Shown: positions 11,634 to 23,076 of the stretch, in pieces
How the letters are laid out: each line of letters opens with the position of its first letter
Position numbering within the stretch: the stretch's first letter is position 1
NCBI GenBank assembly: GCA_020891255.1
Contig: BQFW01000007.1
Span: 434,001 to 498,000 of the forward strand
DNA: 64,000 bases
DNA from: Entomortierella parvispora E1425
Lineage: Eukaryota > Fungi > Mortierellomycota
Direction of reading: 5' to 3'
The notes under the pieces: model-generated
The model's database searches: none
Seen by the model: only the letters and a program-made list of their open reading frames with translations
What the model was told of the DNA's origin: nothing
Position numbers and translations under genes: made by a program

Positions 11634-11897
11634 AGACGATCGGATCGAGTTACAGAGAAGGCTTTGCCCCGAGTCTAGCAGGATCACCACCACCACCACC
11701 AAAGCAGTCGAGATAACGTTAGAATCCCCAGCAGCTAGTCCATAAATGTCTGTATTAAAAAGGTCAAAAATATTATGAATTACGAGGGGACAAAATGGGT
11801 GTCGCCAAGGAGCAGCTTTGTCGGTCAGGGTCCTTTTGGAGACGGACAGCTGTGACAGACTCCACCAGGGGCAGTCGGATCAATTAGACAGGAAGGA

Positions 11898-12080
11898 GAC
11901 GCCATCAGAGTGAAGGGCGTGCATGAAGGCATCTAGGCACTCAAGACAGAAGCATTCAAAACCATCGCGGGTATGACCATTTTTGGCGTTGGACCATACT
12001 GGGGTTCTGTTTGAGGCGCTCAGGATGAACTCGACTCTGGCGACTTTTGAACTAGCGGGACAACCCGATCAAGGAGAAGG
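11898..12080 (+). pseudogene. Degenerate LRR repeat relic downstream of gene B
   Basis: 12013-12039 matches gene A 7461-7487 at 24/27 nt (EALRMNSTL vs EALKMNSTL). It is flanked by DAIRVKGV...*ALKT and a frameshifted DNPIKEK. Confidence 0.65.
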
Positions 12081-12813
12081 AACAACGACGTGTTTTGTTT
12101 GAAACGCACACACAATTTCAGGTTCATTGTTTTTCATGTTGGGCACGTCTGTCTGTTCAAGGTACAACGGGTATAAGGTACAATGACAGGTAGGGTTCTG
12201 TGTGCTAGATAAGGGTGCAATGTACCAATGTATCATCCAGCTTGTGTTTGTTGGTGTTGTCAAACAGACGGCGATGCACAGTGAGGGGTGATCGGCGACC
12301 CCTGTGTCTGGAGTGCGACAGTGGCGAATGGCGCGAAGGACAAAAAAGGGAGAAAGTCGGTTGATGGACCGTGTATGGACGGTGGACAGACGGTTGTAAC
12401 AAGTATCCGCCCCCTGAAGCAATAATTATTGCCCTGTCACTGACAAAGACAAGGAGACACGAGACAGCAAGACAGACAGGCGTGCGTGCTAATCCCATTT
12501 AAGGTCAGCCCACATCGATCCCTGCTCATAAAACCTCTCTTTCTTTCTGGCGATCTGTCTTTGCCCTCCTTCTTCATCCATCCTTCCATTGCTGAACATT
12601 ACCCTGCATCCTCGGCGAATCCCATCCGCACTCTTTGCATTCTCTTCTACCCCCTTTCACAATACCCACTCTTGCATTCCCCCCTGGTTCAAGTCATTCT
12701 TGCTCTGCAGGGCTCTCAGCATTCAGAATAACACAAAGCAAACAAACTCCCAAAACGTGCTTTTTCCTCCTCCTTGCTCGCTCTCCTCTTTCCAACTTCA
12801 CACCCCAACGACC

Positions 12814-15800
12814 ATGCCCACCCAACTCAGAGAGTCGGACTATAGCACCAATGCATCTCCCCCCGTCTACTCGAAGCCTCGCCCAGTGTGCCCTGATATG
12901 CTAAATAACGGCTTGAGGACTACCACCTTACAGGCAAAGCTTAACAGATCAACCAAAACCACAACGACAGTACCAACAGCCACGTTGCCACTGGCAAGAA
13001 AGCTCCGTGTGGCGGTAGTGGGGTCTGGTCTTGCAGGCCTGACCATTGCCCACCTCCTGTCGTCGCTACACGAGGACAACGGCCAGGGCGATCAGGGCAT
13101 CGACGTCGAGCTGTTTGAGAAGGCTCATAAACTAGGTAAGCAAAACTGCCAGGGGAAAGGAAGAAAAAAAAAAAAAAAAAGGAGACGCAACGGCAGCAGT
13201 CGCCATGCACGGACAGACAAAGCAGACTTGACCGTTGCACTGACACAATTAAACTTGACCCCTCCCCCAGGAATGGACGCCGCATCCTTATCTGTGACTT
13301 GTCCCTGCGAACGATGTTCCGTTGCCGCTGGACGGGGCAAAGGAGATCCCAACCACGAGCACGTTGAGGGTCGCATGGATGTGCCCATGCGTAGCTTCTT
13401 TCCAGGTGAGTTTCGGCTATTGCCGTTGCCGCGATGATTGTGCAGGGCAGCGAATGTACCGAGGAAGAGAGGGGCCTCAAATGGATGACGAATGGGGACC
13501 GAAACGGACCTTGAATCAGCCGAATTGAGCGACTGTCGGATTCGCGAATCCGCCTGAAGTGATCGAAGGGTAAAATTTCTTTTTTCTGCGATCGCAAGAC
13601 GAAGCTGGACTCGAGACCCCAGCATTTGCTCTTTCAGGAGTGCTGACTAAGGTGGATGGGGGGCAGGATGGCGAACACGCGTTCATCTTTTTGGTTGCTT
13701 CTCTCGGCAACGATCGGTATCCTTACACCTGTAGGCTGTTGCTAACCTCCCCTCCTATTCTAGAATATTATCCCGCCCTCGTTCGACTTTATCGCTCCAT
13801 CGGCGTCAAGTTCCATGACGCCGACAATACCCTCTCCTGCTTTGATGTCACTTTCGACAACACCTCAGCCTGTCGATCCACCTCGAATGTCAACATCGAG
13901 ACCCCATACTTGTCATCGAGGTCCTACCGTGTTAGTGCTGATCATACTATCACTCTTCCAGATCTGCCTCCTCTCTCGATCCTCAACCCATACCCATTCG
14001 GGCGCCGCCTCCTCGGCTACTATCGCATTGCCCGAGATTACGTCAAGATGTTGACAGTCTCCAAGGAGTTTATGACTCAAGGAAGGATGATGGAGATTGG
14101 CAAGGACCCCTCGGAGTGGGGCAACGGTCGTCAAGTCAGTCTGAGAGAGTTCTTGGTTTCCGGAGGATACAGTCACGACTTTTCGGCCTTCTTTGTGCCA
14201 CTGTTCGCCTGTGTCTGTACCTGCAGCTTTGATCGAATGATGGAATACCCAGCCTGCGTAGTTCTGGAGTATGTTGCAAGATGCATGCCTTTTGGACGAA
14301 TGCAGTTTGTCACTTCAGGCGTTCAGGAAGTGACGGAGAACCTGTCCAAGAACATCAACACGATCCATTACAACACCATGATTGAAAAGATTATTCAGGC
14401 GGAACCAGGACATGGCGAAGAAAAGGGACCTGTGGTTCTTGTGGACTCGCATGGAGTACGGAGGACGTTTGACCATGTCATTTTTGCCACGCAGGCGAAC
14501 CAGGCAGCGGCGACCTTGGCAGGACAGAGGGCAAGCAAGCCCTTGCCAAAACCATTCGTTACCTCACGAGAGACCGACTATGACGAATCGAACTATGGTC
14601 GTCGCGAGGAACATGATCTTACCGACCCCGAGACACCTCGAGATGTAGACGAAGAGTCAATTCCAAAGGACCATCCCTTTTACGACCAGATCCAGACTCT
14701 GTCAAAGTTCCCATATGAGCGTACGCAAGTGGTTTGTCACACGGACACATCTTTCTTGCCCAAGGATCCAGGTGCATGGAGACTCTTGAACATTGCAAAG
14801 TCGACGACCGCGGATATCTTGGCCTCGCCTCTGGACAGGGTTACTGCAGAACTAGAGATGCAGGAGCAGGGCTTGGAGCCGTCAGCAATTACGACCGCGC
14901 TTGAGCAGGAGCAGGTCGGGACAAAGAACAGAAAGTCGAACCAATCTTCAGCATCCTCGTCATCTTTTGGATCCAGGACGCAGAGTGGCTCAAGTACACC
15001 AAATTCGACAACAGCGTCTCAAAGCCACAACTCTGCTATGGCAACTCATATCATGAACAACACTGCTTCGTCTTTGGGCTCGACTACAAAGTTCCTTCAG
15101 ACGACCAACCCAATCTTCCAGCCCAAGCCCGATTCTGTTATCTCTTCGGCTTGGTTTGAACGTGCTGTCGTTAACCCGGAATCGATCAAGGCTGTGGATG
15201 AGCTCGATCGTCAAATGGATGCACAGGCAGAACGTTTGACCGCCTCTTCGAAGGATTCTCCATCTGATCCAGCATCTGTCTCGGACCGTGTCTGGTTTGT
15301 GGGGAGCTATGCTTATCCCGGAATTCCTTTGCTCGAAGGTTGTGTTGTAAGCGCGGTGCAGGTCATGGAGCGGATCGTGTCCACGGAGCCATTGCGCCAA
15401 CTAGCAGCACTGACGACCGCGGCTGAAAGCTCGTCGTTCCTGAAGAGGGATGCGCCGATGCGAGAACGACGACTGAGACGAAAGCACGAGCAGGAGCGTC
15501 AGCAACAGGAGGCAGCTCTCCTCATGAAGAAGGGCTACCGTCCACCCACGGCGAGTGAAGTCTACTTCAAGAACGCTTGGAAGGACACATTGGAAGATGA
15601 ACGGATCTGGGAGGAGCAGGAACAAAAGGGCCATACTGACCGAAGCCTTAACAAGGATGATGAAAGAGACGAGTGGTCAACGACGGTGGGCTCTAGAAAG
15701 AAGAAAACTGCGGCGGTCGGATCCTGGACGTCGAACGTATATGTGGAAGTCGGATGGATGTTGGTGCTCTACCTGGCGGCGATTGTCCAGTGGTGGATGG

Positions 15801-15853
15801 TCTTTTTGCTGGAGAGCGCAGGTGTGGATGGCAGCCGGTGGGCTCTTGCCTAG
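12814..15853 (+). CDS. FAD-dependent oxidoreductase (amine oxidase/COG2907-like NAD/FAD-binding protein), 3 exons
   Basis: Rossmann motif VAVVGSGLAGLTIAHLL, then ELFEKAHKLGMDA, DVPMRSFF.EYYP, FDHVIFATQA and WFVGSYAYPGIPLLEGCV. Introns at 13136-13270 and 13406-13763 restore the frame. The C-terminal helix is hydrophobic. Confidence 0.85.
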
Positions 15854-15939
15854 GACCTCAGCATCTATTGTAGACAAACCCTGTAGAATTACTTTTCATA
15901 TTATCTTCCTGCATCTCATATCTTTTAAATCCATGTTTA

Positions 15940-15972
<33 letters not shown>

Positions 15973-16429
15973 GGTGGACATCAGGGGTTAAATCAAGTGG
16001 GAATTGAGAGTTCCAGCTTACCTCAACTCTCCAATCCGCAAGATCAAGAAACTCGATCAACATGATCTACCCTTTAATCAAGAGAGAGATATTCCTCTGA
16101 CGATCCAGTCCCCAAGAATCTCGCTCTCCATAATTGACAAGAGATGTGCATTCAAACCTTCCCGTTTTGCTCGTCTCTACCGATTTCCTGGGCAATGCTT
16201 ATTGCAGATAACCGTTTGATCCAACGGCAAAATGAAATCAAAGGTGAAAAGTATGGCGCAGCGAATGAACATGTATAAACCAGACTTGGCACCCAAACTT
16301 GTAAAACCCTGCAGAGTGAGCTATGCTCCAGGGTCAATAAAGTACTTTATTCTTGAAGCAACGGTTAGTGGCTGTTGCTCAGAAACAAGAAAATAGAGGT
16401 GGCAGGGTGAGCGCTGAATGAGATCCTGT

Positions 16430-17165
16430 TCACTTCTTGTCGACCATTGACAGCGCAGAGGCAGCAGTGTCAGCAGGGGTCTTGAAGTAGGAAGGACATG
16501 CCATCTTGACATGCGCCCAAGCCTCATCAAAGGCCTGCACCATCTCCTTGGGCAAGGGTCCTTGCTTGAGACACTTCAGATTCTCCTCTAGGTGCTGGGT
16601 CGAGGATACTCCGATGATGATGCCATCTTTGACAGGGTCCAGACCCGAATGGTGACTCATCCATCGCAGGGAGGCGTCGAGCAAAGTCAAGTTGAGAGAT
16701 GTCGCGGTCCTGTTTAGACCCTCTACAGCATCGAAAAAGGACTGTTGCCAGTAGCGATCACGGTACCTATGAGGCGATCAAATCACGGACAGTGCGTGTC
16801 AGAAGTATTCATTGAAAACAGAGAGGATGAGTGCGGGGCTTGAGAATGTTAGGAAACAGGGGGGTAGTCGAAGTATACAAGCCAAATGAGTCAAACATCC
16901 ACGAGTGCCTGGTTCTAGCGTACATTTTTCCATTGTTGGTCTGTCAGTTGGTCGCACACATCGTCCAAGATGACGCGGTAGAGTAAGATGAGAAGAACGC
17001 GAGATTGTCAGCAAACGGCAAGTCTAAAAACTCAAGCATCCGCAATTGAAATGCAGGGAAGTGGGCAAGGTCATTACGTTGGGGTTGAAGCGTCCGGTCT
17101 GTTCAATGATGTCAAACTTGTGCTTTCCGGACAAAAGACCTCCAGCCTACAGGAAATCCGTCAGC

Positions 17166-17199
<34 letters not shown>

Positions 17200-18210
17200 G
17201 AGTTCAGTAGCTAGCTCCTAGCCTTAGTTCTTCCTTGAGATGACGGACACTTACAATGGGATTATATGCGTAAAACGAGATGTTGAGGGCCTTGAGACAG
17301 GGGAGCAGCTCACGGACTACATCGCGAGTGATGGCATTGTACTAGAGACGAGACAGGACCAGAAGAAAACTGTTAACCTTCATTGCCTTTCTAAATGGCG
17401 GACTGACACACCGATTGCTTGCCAGCACATACCATGCCCTGGTACACAGTCGGGAGGACATATCCCTTCTGCTTGCACATCTGGTGGATCAGGGTAACCT
17501 GCCATGACGCAAAGTTGGAGAGACCAAACTGCATGGGAAAAGAAAGTTAGATATGCTCTATTCGGAAAGGAAACGATGGACATCTCTGCCTCAACGTACC
17601 CGCTCAAATCTTCCCTCGCGATACAACTCATCCACGAGGCGGATCGTCTCCTCAAAAGGTGTCGTGTAATCAGGAGCGTGCAGGTAAAGGATGTCGACCT
17701 TCTCCGTCTTGAGGGCTTTGAGCGATTCAAAAAACGTTGGCTTCAAAAGCTCGCCGTGGGCATGGAGAACTCTGGGCCAAACCTTGGTGGCAATTTTGAA
17801 CCCACTCATGTCCTGCAGCGCCAAAGCCTAAAAAAGACATGATCAGGGATTAATCAGCAAGTTTGAACTCTCGGGCGGGGGGACATGTTGTTTTTTTGCT
17901 TGAGAGGAGATCGAGACGACGATTATTTTCCCTTGCCTGTTCAGTGTCACCGTTGCCATAGGCGCGAGCGGTATCGATCTCAACATGTCCATGATTTCTG
18001 AAAATCTCCAAGAAGGGGCGGATCTTTTCGGTGCCGAGGATGTAGGCAGCCGATTTTGACGAGTCCGTGGTGTCAAGACCAAAGGTCATGGTCCTGTGAT
18101 AGTTCCAAGAAAGAGGGTGAGAAAACGTTCATCCATACAGGAAGGTGCAAACAACAACAACGGCAATCGTACCCGAGGATGATTCTGGGTGTTGCGTGGG
18201 AGTCTGTCAT
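16430..18210 (-). CDS. Aldo-keto reductase, AKR7 (aflatoxin B1 aldehyde reductase)-like, multi-exon
   Basis: PRIILG|TMTFG, EIDTARAYGNGDTE, KIATKVWP, KVDILYLHAPDYTTPFEET, ASLRWMSHHSGL and IIIGVSSTQHLEENL. ATG 18210, stop 16430. Confidence 0.92.
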
Positions 18211-21181
18211 GAGGTGAACAAAGGATGGAGCGTGGGAAAGAGGTGATGGGAGGAGAAGGGTTGAAGACACGGGAAAACCGTCCCCTAATTTATAATGATC
18301 AAACAGTCAGATGCGTCATTGCGCACGGCCACATGTAGAGCAGCAGCGCCAATGGACGACCGCCTCCTTTGACGCGTAGCAGCCATGCCCTTTTTTTTCT
18401 TTCCGTTCTCCTCTTCCTTCCTCTCTCTTTCCTACAAGGGTCCCCAATAGCGGCATCAACTAAACCGCCATTGACTCTCGGTCATTTTGGAGATCTACAT
18501 GCAACCCAACATCAAATGGCGCTGTAGTTCTCTAACAAAGGGTCAGCCTTAGACCATAATATCCAAATGCTGAGAGATTCAAGATGTCTGCTCGGCGCTC
18601 CTCTAGAATGAGCCTGGGCATTCGTTGACAATTGAGGAAAACAAAATTCAATCGGGGTCCCCCAAGGTTAGTTTACCAAGTTCTGCTCTTTTGACTGGCT
18701 CAGGGCACAAGCAAGGAAGAGCAAATAGAAAGGTTAGCAATCCAAAGTACAACACCAGTGGTATCGAAGCAGAGCAACAATAAATAACTGAAAAACGAGG
18801 GTCTGGACACTGGGGACATTGGGGACACTCGGCTGAAAAGAGACGAGGGGTGCATCAAGAAAGGAAAATAAATGCCCTCTCCAGTTTTTTTAAAGAGTCC
18901 AAAGCTTGTTGTGGTTATTTACTCTTGGGGTGTTGCTTGTTGTTTGCCAGGCATCCTGAACATGAATCAAATCAGGAAGCTAACAGAACAAAGAGATGCA
19001 GTCTGACGACAAAAGGTACAGAAGAAGTACAACAAAAGTGGTACGTGCAGTGCTGTACTGACCAAGGAAGGATGGACCTCCCACTCGAATCGGGCCTGAG
19101 CAGTAAGCCAAAGGTGCGACATCATTGCCGGTCTGATCGGTGCATATTCCCCTTGCATGGTGCACTCCTCCTGTCCTCCTGTGTCACCACCGAGTGGCCG
19201 TGATAATTTCTTTTGGTTCCTTGGACGAACAACGGAGAGGGCGATCAGAGCGATCCCCATCCTGGCATTTAGACACGGAGACGCAACACAGCCCTACAGA
19301 GCACCATCTTCAAGCAGGTCATGGCTCCAAAGAACAGAGGACGAAACGGATTTCGATACCGTCATCGTTACAATAAAGCTTCCAGTAGCTGTCTTGTTTG
19401 TTTGTTTTTGTCCCCAGGTTGAGAGCCAGGAACACCGATTGTGCTCGTACCTGAATCAGACCTTCACAAAGTTTACAGACTAGTTCATTTCTTCTACAGT
19501 GCCCACCTTTTGTGCGATTCATAGTGCTCCCTTGATACTGCTCGCGTGTGTTTTTCTATCCCCTTTCTTCCCGCCTGTGCTCTCTCCTTGAGTTCAATTG
19601 ACCTCTTTGGGTGTCTAATCGATCCCGCAAACTGATCAAGGATGGGGTAATTGAAAGAGAGAAAAACTCGCCACCCCCTCGGTGTTTTTGCTCTTTCTCC
19701 TCTTTGTTCCCCTCCTCGCTCCTCGTTCCTCCTCCTCCCACCTTTTTTTTTCTTTCACTCCTCGCGTCTTTGTTAACTCTCCTTAAGTAGATATGACTTG
19801 TCAGCGCCTGCTTACTTGAGCAGTCAAATGTATACCTCTACCTCTGACTGCCTGCCTGCAAGCTGACCAGCAGGCTGCTCATTCTGCTTCATGGTTTTTT
19901 TATGACCAGAATGAGGAGGAATATCGAGGAGACGTGGAAATTATCAAGATATAACAAGCCCTTTTCTTCATCGTCCCCGACCTCTGCCAAGGGGAAGGTC
20001 CAAAGGGATCACGTCCAGGAGGGATTCGGATAGGATTCGGATGAGCTGGGATGCGGAAGGACTGCAAGGTTTTGCTTCCACCCCACATTGCGACGTCATG
20101 TTGGAATAGGATCTGTGCGTGTGTCCTACCTGCGCGGCAAGGAAACGTGCTTTCATTATTTTTCTGCACAAGGATCTCACAGGACCTGGATTGTACCTGT
20201 AGGTGAAGTCCGGACATGAGGTCAGTCATAGATTCATTTTGCCCATTGCTACTCTTTGCTCAAGGGCTGCGTGACCAGCTTGCCAGGACCTATTTAAACA
20301 CACCCGCAGGGTCTTGTTTTCCCACCTTCTCTCCTCGCATCTCGATCTCACTCCAGTTCAGTCTTGTGCTTTCTCTCTGTCTCTTTGCCGCAATACACAA
20401 AAAGGGCCTGGCTAAATATTTATTTTTCATTTTCTCCTCTTTCTCTTTTTCTTTCTCTTCGCCATCTCCACTTTGCTCGCTCTTTCCCCCTTCTCTTTGG
20501 CCCCGTTTCCTTCTCGGACCACTCACTTGTCCAAACACATTTACCCAGATCCCATCCCCATCTGAGCACGGTCGCACAGAATCCCTGTTGCCTGCTTTGT
20601 TTTCCCGTCATTGTAACCACCTCGGCTGCCCACCTTTCCCCCCACATTCCTCTCCTTCACTTGTGCCACACGCCATCCCTTCAGCGTTTCGCAACTCTGC
20701 AAACCCACGAAAACAATTAACGCCTTGCTCTTCTTTCTTTCCTTCTTTTTCCTTCTTTGTCTCTTCATCACCCTCCCCCTCGTCTTCCCCCACGTTTTTC
20801 GGTGTGGTCCCTTGATTTTCGCGTGTTCTTTCTTGTCACACACGCACTTTTTCTTTCTTTCTGAGCCTTCCCTTTCTCACAAATTGCAACGAACAAGAAC
20901 TCTTAATTGCAGCGCCAACACCCCTCTTTCCTTCTCTTTTGCTCTTTCTTTCTCTGTCCTTCGGAAAATCTGATCGCCTGTACGCCCGTCCGCCACCAAA
21001 AAAAAAACAAAAAAAAAAAAGAAGACCAGATCCGCACAGCAAACGACTTTTTTAAATCCAAAATCGCTCAAAAAAACACGCGCCTTCTGAAATCCAAATC
21101 TCTCAACGTCCCCTCCCTCTTTCCCTCCCGCCGATTGCAGCCTGCCGCCTTCCCCCTCCCTCGACCACTCATAAACAAAAT

Positions 21182-22921
21182 ATGTCTTCCAGAGACTCTC
21201 ATCTCAGCATTGATACGGCTCACGCCAATGCCGCTGCCCACAATCGCCATTCTAACCAACAGGCCCTGCCTTCACCCATGTCGTCCACTTCCAGATCTTC
21301 TTCCAGCTCGTTGTCAAGCCAATCTTTGCCATGTCCTCCACCAGAAGGCATGATCTCCACAGCGACGCTGTCCCACCCCCCTACGCTGGCCATTCCCTCT
21401 GTTCCGTACCCTCCCCCAACTCATTCAAATAACGGTTATTTAAATCAGCAACAACATACTCAACAAAGACAGCGCAGTCTTTCGGGGAGCGGTCCCGCTG
21501 GAGGATCTGTCCCACCCTCTTGGGGCGCCCCGACAAGAGCGCACTCTCCAGAGGAAGAGGAGCACATGGCAAGGTTGGCCTTGGCCAACATGAACCGAAG
21601 ACCTAGCTTGCCCGCCAATCACCCTTACCATCACCCCATGGAACGGTTACCGAGCCACGATCCAAGACGTCAACAACAAATCTTGCAGCAACAACAACAA
21701 TCGCAACAGTCTTATTTCCGTCAACAACATGGCAACAACAGCATGGGAGGCCGTTCCTCCGCCTCATCACAGCAACCTCCAGCAGGTGCGGTCCCTCTGA
21801 CGCCCAATACGCCGACCTCCTCCTCTTCCTCCTCCTCATCGGGTCCTGCACCTCCTTCTTTGACAAGTTCAAACAGTAACAGTAACAGCAACAGCAGCAA
21901 TGGCGCAGGGGCTCCCCCTCCTCAGGTGGTTCGACATCCGTTATGGCGATTGGATTGTCAGTCTTGCAAGACCACGCTTTGCGAACAGGCCATGCAGGGT
22001 CATCTCGTTGGCGATCCATCCAAGAAGCTCTTCTCGACCAACTTGGCCATTGGGTAAGGAGTCTAAAAAGAAAAAGAAAAAAAAAGAACAAAAAAAAAAG
22101 GACCGCATCCAAACACCACACCACATGCATCCTCATGCACGCATTTAGAAAGGAGAACCACATCCATGGTTCAAGAAGAAGAAGAAAAAAAAAGGGACAG
22201 GATCACGGAAAAAAAAAGTGGTAACATGATGGTTTTCTAACGCGTCCCCCTTCATCACCCTTCTCCACCGCTTTGTCCTTTTAGAGTATTGGGCTTGCCT
22301 GACCGACCCGTTTCAATAATCTGCCCTTGCAAGTTCCACCTCTTCGCGTGCGCCAGTTGGTAAGTATCGATCTCTCCCCATGTTTTTGTTGATCTTGCTT
22401 TGCCTCGCATGCATTTCATTTGTCTAACCATGCTTTCATTGCCCCGTCCCCTCTTTTTTTTTCTTTTTTTTTTTTTCCAGTGGAAGCGTCTGTGGCTACA
22501 ACTTGAGTCAACCTTGTGCTGGGTGCGAAACAAATCGGGGAAATGGTCACTTTTGGATCTTTTACGCTCATGAAATCACGGCTCATTGGCGCACGACCGA
22601 GGAAGGCCGACAGATGTTCTGGGATGACTTGCCGACTTGGTGCCACACCTCTGACGGTAACGTCGGTCGGTAAAAAGGACCGGAAAAACAAAGGGGCGCA
22701 CTGGCCATCCTGCGTTCCCTCCATCTTAGAAACCTCCTCGATCGCCCTCAATCTCACTTTTCACCCTAATCGTTAATCCTTACTTCCGCCTTGTATTTTT
22801 ATCGTTGCGTCTTCTGTCGCCTGGGCCATCTGCCACCACTTCATTAAAATCTCATACTTTCTTTTTTTTTTAATCATTATTATTATTGAACTTGTTGACA
22901 GAAGACAACAAGGACAATTGA
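21182..22921 (+). CDS. FAM72-like (Yippee-fold zinc-binding) protein with a long low-complexity N-terminus, 4 exons
   Basis: The spliced C-terminal region reads LWRLDCQSCKTTLCEQAMQGHLVGDPSKKLFSTN...ICPCKFHLFACASCGSVCGYNLSQPCAGCETNRGNGHFWIF...MFWDDLP, which follows the FAM72 Cys pattern and the NGHFW motif. Stop TGA at 22919-22921. Confidence 0.85.
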
Positions 22922-23076
22922 GTGTCACGTCTCATTTTTTGACCATTGCATGCAGAAATACACACTGACCCAAACCCGCGACATGATGAATGTAAAATTG
23001 GTAATATATTTGATAAGTTTAAAATGCAAAAAAATGGACACTTCGATTAATGATTTGAGAAAATAACAAGAACAGC

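Noticed and set aside
13165-13180. Long A/T homopolymers in many introns and UTRs as possible retroelement tails
   Set aside because: They are ubiquitous across the window in both orientations, with no shared body sequence or target-site duplications.
18850-20260. Cluster of short overlapping ORFs upstream of the AKR gene
   Set aside because: No consistent splice model or recognisable motif in any frame.
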